Shown in pieces: positions 9,837 through 20,779 of a stretch of DNA of 64,000 nt (within the stretch, counting starts at the first letter, position 1; the number at the start of each line of letters is the position of its first letter). The translations under genes and the position numbers were made by a program. The stretch is from Candidatus Micrarchaeia archaeon (GTDB taxonomy: Archaea; Micrarchaeota; Micrarchaeia; Burarchaeales; Fermentimicrarchaeaceae), in the NCBI GenBank assembly GCA_038871515.1, contig JAVZHX010000002.1, positions 4,641-68,640 on the forward strand, written 5' to 3'. The notes beneath the pieces are model-generated. The model did not search any database and had not been told where the DNA came from. It saw nothing but the letters and a program-made list of their open reading frames with translations.

Positions 9837-10874
9837 ATGGAATCAATAATCCAAGAGGCGCTGAAGGAAGCAAGCCCGGAAGCTGGTGGTGAGCTTATCA
9901 CTCCAAGGATAGTTGTTATGGGTGTTGGGGGGGCTGGTTGCAATACGATAAACAGGCTTGCAAAAGTTGGAATAAAGGGCGCGGAGCTCATTGCTGTCAA
10001 CACGGATAAAAAGCACCTCTCAATAATCTCAGAAAGTGCAAGGAGAGTTCTTATTGGGCAGGCAATAACAAAGGGTTTAGGGGCTGGTGGTTACCCAGAA
10101 GTTGCTTTGAAAGCAGTTGAATCCTCAAAACAGGAGCTTGAGACAATACTCGCGGATACTCACCTGCTTTTCTTAACCGCTGGTATGGGGGGAGGAACAG
10201 GCACGGGTGCTGCTCCAGCAATTGCCGACATTGCAAAGCAGCAGGGAGCAATAGTGATTGCAATGGTTACCTATCCGTTTGAGCTTGAGAGAGCAAGATT
10301 AAGAAAGGCTGAGATGGGAATTGAAGCGCTGAGAAAAACTGCTGATACGATAGTTGTTATAGACAACAATAGACTGGTTGAGTTCTTTCCAAATCTTCCA
10401 ATAGAGAGAGCTTTCAACGTTGCGGATGAGATAACCGCAAGAGCTGTTAGAGGGATAACTGAGACGATAACAACTCCAAGTTTAATAAACATAGACTTTG
10501 CAGATGTGAGGACGATAATGAGCAACGGTGGGGTTTCAATGATAGCTGTTGGGGAAGCGAAAGGCACTGAGAGAGTTAAAGAAGTTGTTCAGAACACTCT
10601 GCACCACAGATTGCTGGACGTTGATTACAGAGGGGCAACGGGAGTTTTGCTTCACCTCACTGGAGGAGGGGATATGACGCTTGGTGAAGCAAATCAGATT
10701 GGGGAGCTTCTCACTGAGGAGGTTGAGCCAACTGCAAACGTGATTTGGGGAGCGAGGCTTGATGCAACGTACGAAGGAAGAATAGAAGCAATAGCGATAT
10801 TTACTGGTATAAAAAGCCCATATGTTTTTGGGAGAGTGAGAAGGAAAGCGGAGTGGGAGCTAGGGGAGGTTTAA
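9837..10874 (+). CDS. ftsZ: Cell division protein FtsZ
   Basis: GVGGAGCN, tubulin signature GGGTGTG, T7 loop INIDFADV. Confidence 0.97.
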   Translation: MESIIQEALKEASPEAGGELITPRIVVMGVGGAGCNTINRLAKVGIKGAELIAVNTDKKHLSIISESARRVLIGQAITKGLGAGGYPEVALKAVESSKQELETILADTHLLFLTAGMGGGTGTGAAPAIADIAKQQGAIVIAMVTYPFELERARLRKAEMGIEALRKTADTIVVIDNNRLVEFFPNLPIERAFNVADEITARAVRGITETITTPSLINIDFADVRTIMSNGGVSMIAVGEAKGTERVKEVVQNTLHHRLLDVDYRGATGVLLHLTGGGDMTLGEANQIGELLTEEVEPTANVIWGARLDATYEGRIEAIAIFTGIKSPYVFGRVRRKAEWELGEV

Positions 10875-12344
10875 TCACTGCCAAGCCCAAGGAAGAAGGT
10901 TAAGAAGGAAGAACAGAACCATCCCGTACTTAATCGCTTTCAGCATTTTCTCGTTTTTTATAACAAGAGATATGATTCTGTAGCCATCAAAAGGTGGGAT
11001 TGGGAGAAGGTTCACTGTGCCCACAATGAAATTCAGCACAAACGTTAAGCCAAGAAAGTTATACAGGAAGCCAACCCACCACTTACCTTTTTGAGAGGAA
11101 AGCTCAGCCATCCAGCTTCCTGTTGTTGAGTTTGTGAATGAGAAAACCCTCACCCCAACTTTTCCTTCCTTTCCTGCTTTTATTGAAAATGAACCTTTGT
11201 CAGTTACAATAGTAACTGTGTCGTTCTCTTTTGTTGTATTGCTTGCTTTTGAGAAGTCATCCAAAGTTGTTATTTCAACCCCATTCCATTCCATTATAAT
11301 CATTCCGCTTTTCAGCACTCCGTAAGCAGGATACTGGGGGACAACTTCATATATCATGATGTGTTCCTTGAAAAATGATGGGGGAGGTGGGTTATTGGAA
11401 ATAATTACAAGTTGATAGAAAATGAAGAGGAGGAAGAAGATGAGACAGAGGATGAAGTTTGCTGAGGAACCTGCAACAAGAACATTCTTCTGCTTTTCCT
11501 TGCTGCTGCTCTGCAACTGCTTCTCATCCGGGTCAACAAAAGCTCCAATTGGTAGAAACCCAAAAAGCACCAAACCGCTGTTTTTCACTCTTATTTTTTC
11601 AACTCTTGCAAGCACGCCGTGTGAAACTTCATGAAAGAATAGGAGAACTGCCAGGGAGAGAATCCCCTCAAAAAATGGAAGGTTTACTCCTGGTATTATG
11701 GGCATGGCACCTGGGGTTATTCCTCTCAGAGCAACTGCGCTGCCCATTGAACTTATCATTGAAAGGAATTTCATTACAACACCAAAAAGAACAACCAAAC
11801 CATAACCAACGAAGCTGATAACTCCTGCAAAGCAGAAACCACCAAGCACGATGGAGAAGAACACCAAGTAGTAGGTAAGGGTTTCGGGGAGAGTGGATTG
11901 CGTGGTTGCCGCACGGGTGAAGTAGAGCTTGACTGGGAGATTGATTATATCTACGGCAGTGGGGAGGACAAGTGGAAGGATGAAAAGGACGGAGAGCATG
12001 AGGAGGAGTATTGAAATTTTGAAAGTTTTTTCAGGGATGTTTTTGAACAGCAGCATTGAGCTTGCCCCAAACCCCATCACCATTCCAAAAGCTGCAATGT
12101 TTCTCCAAAATTTCAAATTCCATCTTGCAACCTCATCAAGAAATTTCTTTCCCTTTTCAGTTTTCAGTATTATCAGCCCTTTCTCCCCCTCAAGGTTAAG
12201 CAACTTCTGCAGTGACATTCCGGAGAGGAAGAGAAGAAGCACGGAAAGGAGAAATTTCACAATTCCATTTACTGGGCTTACTACTATTTGGTGGAATGCA
12301 AAAACCGCAAGAGCTGTGGAGAGGACTGCAAGGAATTTTTTCAT
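10875..12344 (-). CDS. Site-2 protease (M50) with PDZ-like domain
   Basis: HEVSH, GAFVDPD, NLLPIPPFDG, multiple TMs. Confidence 0.93.
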   Translation of the reverse strand: MKKFLAVLSTALAVFAFHQIVVSPVNGIVKFLLSVLLLFLSGMSLQKLLNLEGEKGLIILKTEKGKKFLDEVARWNLKFWRNIAAFGMVMGFGASSMLLFKNIPEKTFKISILLLMLSVLFILPLVLPTAVDIINLPVKLYFTRAATTQSTLPETLTYYLVFFSIVLGGFCFAGVISFVGYGLVVLFGVVMKFLSMISSMGSAVALRGITPGAMPIIPGVNLPFFEGILSLAVLLFFHEVSHGVLARVEKIRVKNSGLVLFGFLPIGAFVDPDEKQLQSSSKEKQKNVLVAGSSANFILCLIFFLLFIFYQLVIISNNPPPPSFFKEHIMIYEVVPQYPAYGVLKSGMIIMEWNGVEITTLDDFSKASNTTKENDTVTIVTDKGSFSIKAGKEGKVGVRVFSFTNSTTGSWMAELSSQKGKWWVGFLYNFLGLTFVLNFIVGTVNLLPIPPFDGYRIISLVIKNEKMLKAIKYGMVLFFLLNLLPWAWQ

Positions 12345-12396
12345 ATTTTAATTTTTCAAGCAATAAAATTTAAATGCTTGGCAACAAATTGTATTT

Positions 12397-12840
12397 ATGG
12401 ACTGCGAGATGTGTGGGGAGGGTGAAGCCAGCTTTCTTATTTTGGTTGAAGGGGCAAAGCTCCGCGTCTGCTCAAACTGCGCCAAGTATGGAAAGGTGCT
12501 TTCTGCTCCCAAACCAGTTTCTGTTTCAAAAAGAGTTGAAGTTAAAAAAGAGAAGCCGGAGTTAGATGTTGTTGCGGATTATGGAAGAAGGATAAGAGAA
12601 GCAAGAGAGAAAATGAAAATAGATAGAAAGGTTCTTGCTGAGCTTGTGAATGAGAAGGAGTCTTTTCTTGAAAGAGTGGAGAATGAGAAAGCGCTTCCAA
12701 ATGCAATGCTTGGCGCAAAGCTTGAAAAAGTTTTAGGAGTGAAGCTGTTTGAGGAGATAAAACACGAGCATGTTGAAACTAAAAAAGAGAAAAAAAATGA
12801 GTTGACTCTTGGAGATGTGGTTGTTGTAAAGAAGAAGTGA
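12397..12840 (+). CDS. Archaeal multiprotein bridging factor aMBF1 (Zn ribbon + HTH)
   Basis: CEMCG..VCSNC Zn ribbon, [20 protein letters not shown] tail. Confidence 0.93.
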   Translation: MDCEMCGEGEASFLILVEGAKLRVCSNCAKYGKVLSAPKPVSVSKRVEVKKEKPELDVVADYGRRIREAREKMKIDRKVLAELVNEKESFLERVENEKALPNAMLGAKLEKVLGVKLFEEIKHEHVETKKEKKNELTLGDVVVVKKK

Positions 12841-12844
12841 TGGG

Positions 12845-13873
12845 ATGGGAGTTGACCTTGGGGAGCTTGTACAGAAAGAGGAGATAACCCTTGAAGCGCT
12901 CAGCGGAAAAGCAATAGCGATAGATGCGTATAATGCGCTTTACCAGTTTCTCTCAATAATAAGGCAGCCTGATGGAACTCCTTTGATGGATTCTAAAGGA
13001 AGGATAACAAGCCACCTTTCAGGTGTGTTTTACAGAACTGCAAAGCTTATTGAAGCAGGAGTGAAACCAGTTTATGTTTTTGATGGGGAGCCACCAAAGT
13101 TGAAAAGAAGCATTCTTGAAGGCAGAAAGGAAGTTAGGGAGAGAGCTGAGGAGAGGTGGAAGGATGCGTTGAGGAGAGGGGAGCTTGCTGAAGCAAAAAT
13201 TTACGCGCAAGCATCCTCCAAACTTAGTGAAGAAATGGTGAGGGATGCAAAGAAGCTTGTGGAGCTGATGGGCTTGCCTGCAGTTCAGGCACCTGGCGAA
13301 GGAGAAGCACAGGCAGCACTGCTCGCGGAGAAAGGAATTGTTTACGCATGCGCATCCCAGGATTATGATTCCCTGCTTTTTGGCGCACCACGCCTTATCA
13401 GAAATTTGACTTTAAGCGGAAAGAGAAAGCTTCCAAGAAAAGATGTTTATGTTGATATAAAAACAGAGCTTATTGAGCTTGAGAGAAGTTTGAAGTTTCT
13501 TGGGATTGAGAGGAGAAAGCTTATCTGGATAGCAATCCTTATTGGAACAGATTTCAATTCGGGAGTTAAGGGAATCGGCCCAAAGAAAGCATTGAAAATT
13601 GTTTCAGAAAGCAAATCGTTTGAGGATGTTTTTGGAAAATTCAGAGGGGAGATGGAGGTTGAGCCTGAAGAAGTTGAAAAGATATTTTTACATCCGGAGG
13701 TTGATGAGGAATGCGAAGTGAAGTTTGGAGAGGCTGATGAGGAGGGGCTTGCGAAATTTCTCTGCGGGGAGCATAACTTCTCTGAGGAGAGGGTGAGGAA
13801 AACTGCTGGGGAGATGGTAAAAGCTCTTTCAGAGAAAACAAAGCAGAGCAGTCTTGGCGATTGGTTTAGGTAA
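12845..13873 (+). CDS. fen: Flap endonuclease 1
   Basis: MGV start, [35 protein letters not shown]-terminal PIP box QSSLGDWF. Confidence 0.98.
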   Translation: MGVDLGELVQKEEITLEALSGKAIAIDAYNALYQFLSIIRQPDGTPLMDSKGRITSHLSGVFYRTAKLIEAGVKPVYVFDGEPPKLKRSILEGRKEVRERAEERWKDALRRGELAEAKIYAQASSKLSEEMVRDAKKLVELMGLPAVQAPGEGEAQAALLAEKGIVYACASQDYDSLLFGAPRLIRNLTLSGKRKLPRKDVYVDIKTELIELERSLKFLGIERRKLIWIAILIGTDFNSGVKGIGPKKALKIVSESKSFEDVFGKFRGEMEVEPEEVEKIFLHPEVDEECEVKFGEADEEGLAKFLCGEHNFSEERVRKTAGEMVKALSEKTKQSSLGDWFR

Positions 13874-13887
13874 GGTTTAATATATAT

Positions 13888-15501
13888 GTGAACAGAAATG
13901 AATATGTGGTGGCTGTGGAGATTGAAAAATACAGGCATGGAATTCTGTTCATCTGCTTTGCACTTGTAGCCATAGCAGTATGGGTTTTCAACTTCCACAC
14001 AACCTATCTTCCAGCTCTGCTTGTGCCTGTTGCTGTGATGCCAATTCTTATCAGGCAGATAAGGAGCAGGCCTGTGAAGATGCTTTCATATCTCTCACTG
14101 GGGTTTGTCAGCTATCTTGTGGTAGCTCAATCTTTCATAGTTCCGGAGGGAAGCGAGGAGCTGCTGTTTTCATTTGTGCCATTCCTCCTCCTCGCAGTTG
14201 CAAATGCAGTTGGTGTGCTTATTGGTTATTCTGATTCGTATATATGTGGTGGTGTTTACACGGCAGGAGCAGTTCCAGCGTTGCTTTTTGGCAAGGGGCC
14301 TGCTGAATTTGTCAGCATAGATAGATTTGTGGTTGGCGTAGTGCTCTTCACGTGTTCATCGTTTGCTTTTGTGCAGTTCATTTCAAGAAATAAGGGGGTT
14401 AAGGAGTCCATCTGGTCCATTATTGAGGGCTGCGTTGTTGCAGCGATTCTTTTCACTTTGATGTTTTCAATACGCTTCCTCAGCATTGAAATGCTCTACC
14501 CGATTCAGTTTGATGTTCTTTCAAGAAAAGTTGCCCCTCTTTTTGTTAATCTGCTTTGGCGTCTGCTTGTTTCAAACTCCTTTGTGATTATACTTGCATT
14601 GATAATTCATGATTTGATGATGTACGCATTTGAGTTGACTAGAGAAGTGAGTGGGGAAGAAGTTTTCTACTCAAAAGCAGGGGTTAGAAAAGAGGAGATG
14701 GGTGGGGAGGATGCATTCTCATCATTCATGCTCAGACTGAGGAAATTCATACAGGATTTGCCGGATTATGACATCACCGCAGCTTCCAATGTTTTGAGAA
14801 GGTTTGAGGTTGAGTTTGAAGCTCTTTCTGCGGAGCATGAGAATGTGAGTAGCGAGGAAGCGAAAGCTCTTTTGGAAAAGGCAAAGAAACTTGTGGGGGA
14901 GTTTGAGGAGAGTGAGGTTCCGAAGAAGGAGCGCAAGCTTGTGTTCAAAAAGTCTGAGATGATTGAGTTTCCGAAGAACAGCACTGTGCTTGTTGAAGGG
15001 CCTATAGGGAGCAGAAAGGAGGAATACTGCTTAAGATTCTTGAAGCTCGCTCTGCAGAAGGGTAAGAATGTTGCAATATGCTCCTACGACCCAGACGAGG
15101 AGCTTGAGTGGTTCAGCAAAGAAGAGAGAAGCAGAATTGAGCCATTCAAGGTTGAGCCAGATATAACAGAGATGTCGATTGTTATAACAAAAGCAGTTGA
15201 AAGCAAACCCGAGTTGGTGTATTTCAATGTTCTTTACAAGCTTCTTCCCTCCTACTCTGGTGAGGTGCTCAGCGAGTTTCTGAGCTCAAACTTAAGGAAG
15301 CTGAAGAAAGGCGGAGTAACTGGCATATTTGTGATGGAAAAAGAGATGATATCAACTCAGCTGCTTTCAGTAATAGAAAGCTTGTTTGATGGAATAATTG
15401 AGTTTCAGATAAGAGAGGAAGGAGATGAGTTAGTTTCATACTACAGAGTTAAAAAATTCAAGCTGAAGGAGTTTGACACGAATTGGAAGGAATTCAAATA
15501 G
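13888..15501 (+). CDS. Multi-pass membrane protein fused to a degenerate KaiC/RecA-like ATPase domain
   Basis: About 7-8 TMs, then LVEGPIGSRKE (degenerate Walker A) and a KaiC-like tail IESLFDGIIEF..RVKKFK. Confidence 0.8.
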   Translation: MNRNEYVVAVEIEKYRHGILFICFALVAIAVWVFNFHTTYLPALLVPVAVMPILIRQIRSRPVKMLSYLSLGFVSYLVVAQSFIVPEGSEELLFSFVPFLLLAVANAVGVLIGYSDSYICGGVYTAGAVPALLFGKGPAEFVSIDRFVVGVVLFTCSSFAFVQFISRNKGVKESIWSIIEGCVVAAILFTLMFSIRFLSIEMLYPIQFDVLSRKVAPLFVNLLWRLLVSNSFVIILALIIHDLMMYAFELTREVSGEEVFYSKAGVRKEEMGGEDAFSSFMLRLRKFIQDLPDYDITAASNVLRRFEVEFEALSAEHENVSSEEAKALLEKAKKLVGEFEESEVPKKERKLVFKKSEMIEFPKNSTVLVEGPIGSRKEEYCLRFLKLALQKGKNVAICSYDPDEELEWFSKEERSRIEPFKVEPDITEMSIVITKAVESKPELVYFNVLYKLLPSYSGEVLSEFLSSNLRKLKKGGVTGIFVMEKEMISTQLLSVIESLFDGIIEFQIREEGDELVSYYRVKKFKLKEFDTNWKEFK

Positions 15502-15509
15502 GTGGAAAA

Positions 15510-16238
15510 ATGGAGAAGATAAAGACGAATATAAAGGGTTTGGATACTCTATTGGGGGGAGGCATACCAACGCATTACAATGTTTTTATATGCGGTGGAC
15601 CGGGCACAGGGAAGACAAGTTTGGCGATGGAGTTTCTTTACAGAGGTGCCCTTGAGGGAAGCAACGGGTTATTTCTTTCCCTTGAGGAGGATACGGATTC
15701 GTTGATAAGGAATGCAAACGCAACCTTCACGAAATGGGTGAAGTTCAACCAGCTGATAAAAGATAAGAAGCTCACAATACTCACCCAGGAGTCCTACATA
15801 CACGTTGATATGCCTGAAACAGGGGTGAGCCCGTATTACACGTTCAATAAACTGCATGATAAAATAAATGAGGTGATTGATGACAGAGGTGTGAAGCTGG
15901 TTGTGATTGACTCCGCTTCAATTTTGAGCTTGTTTTTTGAGGAAGAGCTGGAATACAGAAGAACCCTTCTGAATTTGCTGAGAGATTTAAAGAAGAAGGG
16001 TTGCACTGCTATGCTGACAGCTGAGCTGCAGAATGTAAGCAGAGAAACTGTAAGGTTTTCTGTTGAGCATTTTGTTGCTGATGGTGTGATAGTGCTTTAC
16101 CTCCTTGAGCAACAAGAAAGGAGAATCTCTGCAATAGAAGTTCTTAAGATGAGAGGGAGCAATCACTCCAAAGTTCTGACTCCTTTCAAGATAACTCCAA
16201 ATGGAATTGAAGTTTACGTTGGAGAGAGGGTTTACTGA
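15510..16238 (+). CDS. KaiC/RAD55-family RecA-superfamily ATPase
   Basis: GLDTLLGGGIP, GGPGTGKT, SLEE, VVIDS, VLKMRGS. Confidence 0.93.
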   Translation: MEKIKTNIKGLDTLLGGGIPTHYNVFICGGPGTGKTSLAMEFLYRGALEGSNGLFLSLEEDTDSLIRNANATFTKWVKFNQLIKDKKLTILTQESYIHVDMPETGVSPYYTFNKLHDKINEVIDDRGVKLVVIDSASILSLFFEEELEYRRTLLNLLRDLKKKGCTAMLTAELQNVSRETVRFSVEHFVADGVIVLYLLEQQERRISAIEVLKMRGSNHSKVLTPFKITPNGIEVYVGERVY

Positions 16239-16247
16239 GAGGATGGG

Positions 16248-17183
16248 ATGGATAGAACTGCTATTCTTTCTGTGTTGGGCATAATTCTTGTGCTTGTAAC
16301 TCTAGCAAACACTCCCTATTTAGAGAGATTGAGAAGTGAATGGGCTGTTGACACAACTGCAAGTTTTTTTAACAGAGGAGAGAAAAGCATCCGCACAGTA
16401 ATACTGCCATCTGAAACGAAATTCTTTGAGTATGAAGGAAAAAATATAATTGCGCTGGAGAATACTGCGGAGGAGATGCTTCTTGCTGATGAGAGATTTG
16501 AAGATGCGCTTGCAAGTCAGGATAGGTTGGTTTTGTATGTTGGAAGAGAGACTTCTGCCGTGCTTGCTTCTTCATACTTCAATGAGGCAGAAGTCGCCAT
16601 GCTGAGCAAGGATAGCAGGATAGTTGGGTTGCTGAAAAACGCCAAGCTTCTGGGGGTTACGAATATATCTTACATAGATGCTTGGGATCCGACAAATGCA
16701 AGGGTTGAGCTGGTGTGGGTGGATGAGGAGCCTGTGAGACTGCTTGTTCCATCCTCCATGAGTTCTGAGAATTTCTCAGATGCTAGAAGCTCTGCTGAGT
16801 TCTCCAGAGTAATTGGAAACAGCAGAAAGCTTACGAATAAAACACTTCTGCTCTACCATCCCTCAAAAAGCAGCATGAATATCGTAATTCCAGTGAATTT
16901 CAACGAGGAGGAAGTGGTGAGGCTTGCGAAGAACAGTGCAGTTAAAACTGCATTGGAATATATGGAAGTTGAAGCTGGCAGAATTTTAAAATTAGATGAA
17001 ACAAGGGAGTTTCAGAATGTTGATATTGCTGAGCTTCCCTATCACCCAAACACGAAGATATTTGTTTCATTCAGCATAATAAGCGGGATTGATTTTCTTT
17101 CAGAGGAGTTTTTAGTTTACCTAGCAATATTTGTTGTGCTTCTTGTCATCCTTTACGTTCTCTATACAATACTTATTGCTTGA
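16248..17183 (+). CDS. Hypothetical exported protein with N-terminal signal/TM and C-terminal TM anchor
   Basis: Hydrophobic termini; 9 nt downstream of the KaiC gene. Confidence 0.7.
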   Translation: MDRTAILSVLGIILVLVTLANTPYLERLRSEWAVDTTASFFNRGEKSIRTVILPSETKFFEYEGKNIIALENTAEEMLLADERFEDALASQDRLVLYVGRETSAVLASSYFNEAEVAMLSKDSRIVGLLKNAKLLGVTNISYIDAWDPTNARVELVWVDEEPVRLLVPSSMSSENFSDARSSAEFSRVIGNSRKLTNKTLLLYHPSKSSMNIVIPVNFNEEEVVRLAKNSAVKTALEYMEVEAGRILKLDETREFQNVDIAELPYHPNTKIFVSFSIISGIDFLSEEFLVYLAIFVVLLVILYVLYTILIA

Positions 17184-19041
17184 GCTGAATTTTCTTTAAA
17201 TTACGTATTCTGCTTCCCAAATCCGCATGGCTTGAGAAGAGAGTTATGAATTTTGAAACCCTGCGCGGGGTTAGATTGTATCTGTCTATTTTTCTTAACG
17301 CCGATATAAGCTCCTTACCATATCCCATCTCAGCTGCAGTGGAATCAGCCTCAAACTCAAAACCTCTCATCATCCTCATGGTGGCAAGGAAGGCAATTAC
17401 AAGCGCAATATACGGGCCGCCTAATGCCAAAAGCTCCCGCAATGCAGTGAGGTTCGCCGCTTCAACAATAAGGCTGAAAATGATGAACAGAGCTATAACA
17501 CTGGAAGCGATTACAAGATAACCAAAAACAGTTTTCACCACGTGCTTTTTGTTTATGTGAGCCAACTCGTGAGCGACTATTGCTTCAAGCTCCCTCTGCT
17601 TGAACTTTCTTCTGTCAAGCATTGTTTCAAAGATGAATATTTTGATGTTTTTTCCAATCAGTCCAGACTGAAAAGCATTGGCGAGGTTTGAGCCTGAGGA
17701 TGGAAGAATGCGTATGCTATCCACGTTGTAACCAAACTTTCCTGCAAGCTCCTCAATTCTCCTTCTCACTTTTGCGCTTCTTGTTTCACTGCTTTTGCTT
17801 ATAAATTCTACAAACCTTGGGAAGAAAGCAACAACAAAAACTGAAAGAAACACAAAAAGGAATAGAACCCCCAAAGCGGATACAACACTCATGCTCATAT
17901 ACCAAAAAATCTTTTGTAGGTTTAAGATGACGAAAATTGAGATTAACGTAACCAGCGCACTTGCCAGCACAACTAAGAAAAACTCCTTATACCTTGCAAG
18001 CATAAATTTTTCTAAATTCTTTTTCACAATTCCATAATCCTTTAGCATCATCCCAGAAGACCAGATAAACGAAATAGTAGGGAGCAGAATTGGAAGGATG
18101 AATATGATGTAGATGGCTGCTGGAAAGAGAGGGGAGAGAAGGGATAGCTGAACTAACAACGGAAACAATAGAAAGGCAAGCAGAGCTGTGAGAATTACTT
18201 TTTTTGAATACTCTTTTTGAAACTTAGAACTTTTTGACTCTCCTTTAGATGTGAAGTAAGAAAGAACAGACATCCAGCAGATGAGGGCAAGTGGAAGAGC
18301 ATACATTGCCATCATGCTGAATATTGAATCTTTAACCATCAGCGCAGGGTATGTCATAACGTAGTATAAAGAAAGACTGCAGAGTTGCTCAGCAAGTTTT
18401 CTTTCATCTGTTTCTTTTTGAATTTGATTTGCAACTACTTTCATAAGAAATGTGTGCTCCATGTTTGGGCCGAGGAGCTCGTAGTTAACCGGAGCGCTGA
18501 AAATACTGAGCATCAGCAAGGAAGCTTCCGATAAATTTGTCCTGCTTATGTTTTTCGGTTTGATGTCAAGTATATGATGGGAGTATACGAAAAGAAAATT
18601 CCTTGTCCCATTCTCCGCAAGCCAGTTTTTCGTTTGATTGAATTTCTCCCGGTATTCACTGGGAAAGTGCTCTGCTCTGTAGCGAAGTTCATTTGCAAGG
18701 AGAAGAAGCTCATCGGAAGGAGTTTCATCAAAGTTTATTTCAGAAATTTTTTCATCTATCTGAGTTTTGAATTTTGCGCGCACTTCTGCATCATCAGTAA
18801 CAAGCAGATATGCAAGCGCCTCCTCAACAGTACCATTTAAAACTTCATATTTTGTTTTGGCAAGAAGCCCCTTGTCAAACCACACCCCTATCTGCCCTTT
18901 TGAAACAACGCATACCGGCTCTGTGCAGTTCAGCTTCCAAGCCAATTTTCTCATCTCAGTTATCTGCGCTGGCTCCTGTATTGTGCTTGAAAGCACTAGC
19001 GCTATGAATGCAAGCGCAACAGCAATCTGAAGTTTTTCCAT
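17173..19041 (-). CDS. M48 (HtpX/Ste24-like) membrane Zn protease with long N-terminal extension
   Basis: ANAF, HELAH, EFEAD, SSH...RI. Confidence 0.88.
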   Translation of the reverse strand: MEKLQIAVALAFIALVLSSTIQEPAQITEMRKLAWKLNCTEPVCVVSKGQIGVWFDKGLLAKTKYEVLNGTVEEALAYLLVTDDAEVRAKFKTQIDEKISEINFDETPSDELLLLANELRYRAEHFPSEYREKFNQTKNWLAENGTRNFLFVYSHHILDIKPKNISRTNLSEASLLMLSIFSAPVNYELLGPNMEHTFLMKVVANQIQKETDERKLAEQLCSLSLYYVMTYPALMVKDSIFSMMAMYALPLALICWMSVLSYFTSKGESKSSKFQKEYSKKVILTALLAFLLFPLLVQLSLLSPLFPAAIYIIFILPILLPTISFIWSSGMMLKDYGIVKKNLEKFMLARYKEFFLVVLASALVTLISIFVILNLQKIFWYMSMSVVSALGVLFLFVFLSVFVVAFFPRFVEFISKSSETRSAKVRRRIEELAGKFGYNVDSIRILPSSGSNLANAFQSGLIGKNIKIFIFETMLDRRKFKQRELEAIVAHELAHINKKHVVKTVFGYLVIASSVIALFIIFSLIVEAANLTALRELLALGGPYIALVIAFLATMRMMRGFEFEADSTAAEMGYGKELISALRKIDRYNLTPRRVSKFITLFSSHADLGSRIRNLKKIQLKQ

Positions 19042-19082
19042 TCTCCTCCCAGTTAGAATGTGAAACTTCGGGTTAATATGGG

Positions 19083-19565
19083 TTATTCCTTCTCCACCCC
19101 AAAGAAGTTTCTCCCTCCCCTGTCAAAAATAAGTTTTTCCTTTATTTCTGATTTATGAACCTCCAAAACCTCTCCCACAAACACCGTGTGGTCACCTGCG
19201 TCAAACTCATCAACAAGCTTGCATTCAATGTTTATCGGGCACTCCATGATGAGAGGTGCTTTAACAAATTTAGCAGGTGAAGGAGTTAAACCAGTTGCTG
19301 AGAATTTATCAATTTCTCTTCCACTTCTACTCCCAATTGCAATCACCTTCTCTCTCAAGCTTTCTGTTGGGATAGAAACAACAAATTCCATACCTTCCTT
19401 AATTAAGTGATGGGAGAAACGTGTCTTTCCAACAGCTATCCCGATTAACGGTGGTTTGAAGGAAAGCGGGGAATGCCAAGCCAGAGCAATTATGTTTTTC
19501 TTTCCTTTGCTGCAGCTTGTTACAAGGATTACCTGCCTTGGGTAAAGTAAATGATGAAACTCCAT
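19083..19565 (-). CDS. Flavin reductase-like protein
   Basis: YPRQVILVT, SFKPPLIGIAV, GSRSGR..DKF, GDHTVFVGEV. Confidence 0.92.
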   Translation of the reverse strand: MEFHHLLYPRQVILVTSCSKGKKNIIALAWHSPLSFKPPLIGIAVGKTRFSHHLIKEGMEFVVSIPTESLREKVIAIGSRSGREIDKFSATGLTPSPAKFVKAPLIMECPINIECKLVDEFDAGDHTVFVGEVLEVHKSEIKEKLIFDRGGRNFFGVEKE

Positions 19566-20779
19566 CAACACACCTGTAGTTTCCCTTCAGCCAGAAGCTT
19601 GCAGAAAGATTCAATATCATCAAGCTCGCTGTCTATTATTTCATCAATTTGTATTGAAATTGATTTTATATCTGCTTTCTTTTTTGGTATGAGTTGGACA
19701 GCTATAACTTTTGGCTGATCGATTGGTTTTCCTATTTGACTGAGCAGCCAAACATAAACTTCCTCAACTCCAGGAATTTTCTCATATATCTGGTTTGCCA
19801 TTCTATGAGTGAGCAGATTGTATATTTTTCCAACATGACTTACTGGGTTTTTGCCAGCAGCAGCTTCGTTGCTTATCGGTCTATTGAGAGGTATCACACC
19901 ATTCACCCTGTTGCCTCTTCCAACCTGTCCGCAGTCCCCATCCTCAGCAGATGTGCCAAGCACAGTTAGGTATATGCCTCCAAGCCCTCTTCCGCGAACA
20001 TCCAGAGTATTTAAATCAACTTTGAATTTTCCATCAACTTTTCCACCCACAAACTCCTTAAGCTCCTCAAGCACTTCACTCTTCCTCTTGAAATACTCCT
20101 GCTCGGAGTTTATGAATCTGTCAACAAACGCCATTGCAACTGTGAGGTGAAATTCATCGTTTACCCTCAGCCCCATCACCTTCACATCCTCGCCAGACTC
20201 GGGGTGCTTTTTCTTAAATTCTTTTGAGTTGAGGAACTGCTCAGTTTCAAGCACAAGTTTCTCAAGCTTTGACATGGGAGCGTAGCCAACAGCAGCGCTT
20301 GTGTCGTTTGAGTCAAGCACCCCCTTCTTTCTTTCAAATATGTCAACAAGCTCCGCGGAACCTCTTCTCATCTGATTCTGGAAGCGGATGTGTTTGTCCG
20401 GCTCAACAAACCGCAAGTGTTCTTTCAACCAACTCTTCGCAGCATTCTCAGCAATTTCAGTAATGGGTATTTCAACCCCCTCATACTCATACGTTGCCCT
20501 ATCACCCATAACAAGCAGCATAGGCTCCTCTATTCTTCCTCCTCCAAAAGCAACAGAAGCCCTCCCAGCAGCAAGCAAACTTTTATCTGCGTTGTGGTGG
20601 AGCACCCTGCCGAAACGTTTTATGTATTCTCTGCTGAGCTCTATTGAAACCTGATTCATCGCACCGTCGCATATGTAATCAGGGTGGCCAACTCCCTTTC
20701 TCTCAACAAGCTCCACCATTTTTTTCTCAACAGGAAGCTGCTGAAGCTCCTCTATAAGGATGTTTCTCAAAAAAATCAC
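19565..20779 (-). CDS. mat: S-adenosylmethionine synthetase, archaeal type
   Basis: [39 protein letters not shown]. Confidence 0.96.
   Translation of the reverse strand: MIFLRNILIEELQQLPVEKKMVELVERKGVGHPDYICDGAMNQVSIELSREYIKRFGRVLHHNADKSLLAAGRASVAFGGGRIEEPMLLVMGDRATYEYEGVEIPITEIAENAAKSWLKEHLRFVEPDKHIRFQNQMRRGSAELVDIFERKKGVLDSNDTSAAVGYAPMSKLEKLVLETEQFLNSKEFKKKHPESGEDVKVMGLRVNDEFHLTVAMAFVDRFINSEQEYFKRKSEVLEELKEFVGGKVDGKFKVDLNTLDVRGRGLGGIYLTVLGTSAEDGDCGQVGRGNRVNGVIPLNRPISNEAAAGKNPVSHVGKIYNLLTHRMANQIYEKIPGVEEVYVWLLSQIGKPIDQPKVIAVQLIPKKKADIKSISIQIDEIIDSELDDIESFCKLLAEGKLQVC

Noticed and set aside
13888..16238. Circadian KaiABC clock
   Set aside because: Single-domain KaiC-like proteins with no kaiA or kaiB; this is the general archaeal RAD55/KaiC family.
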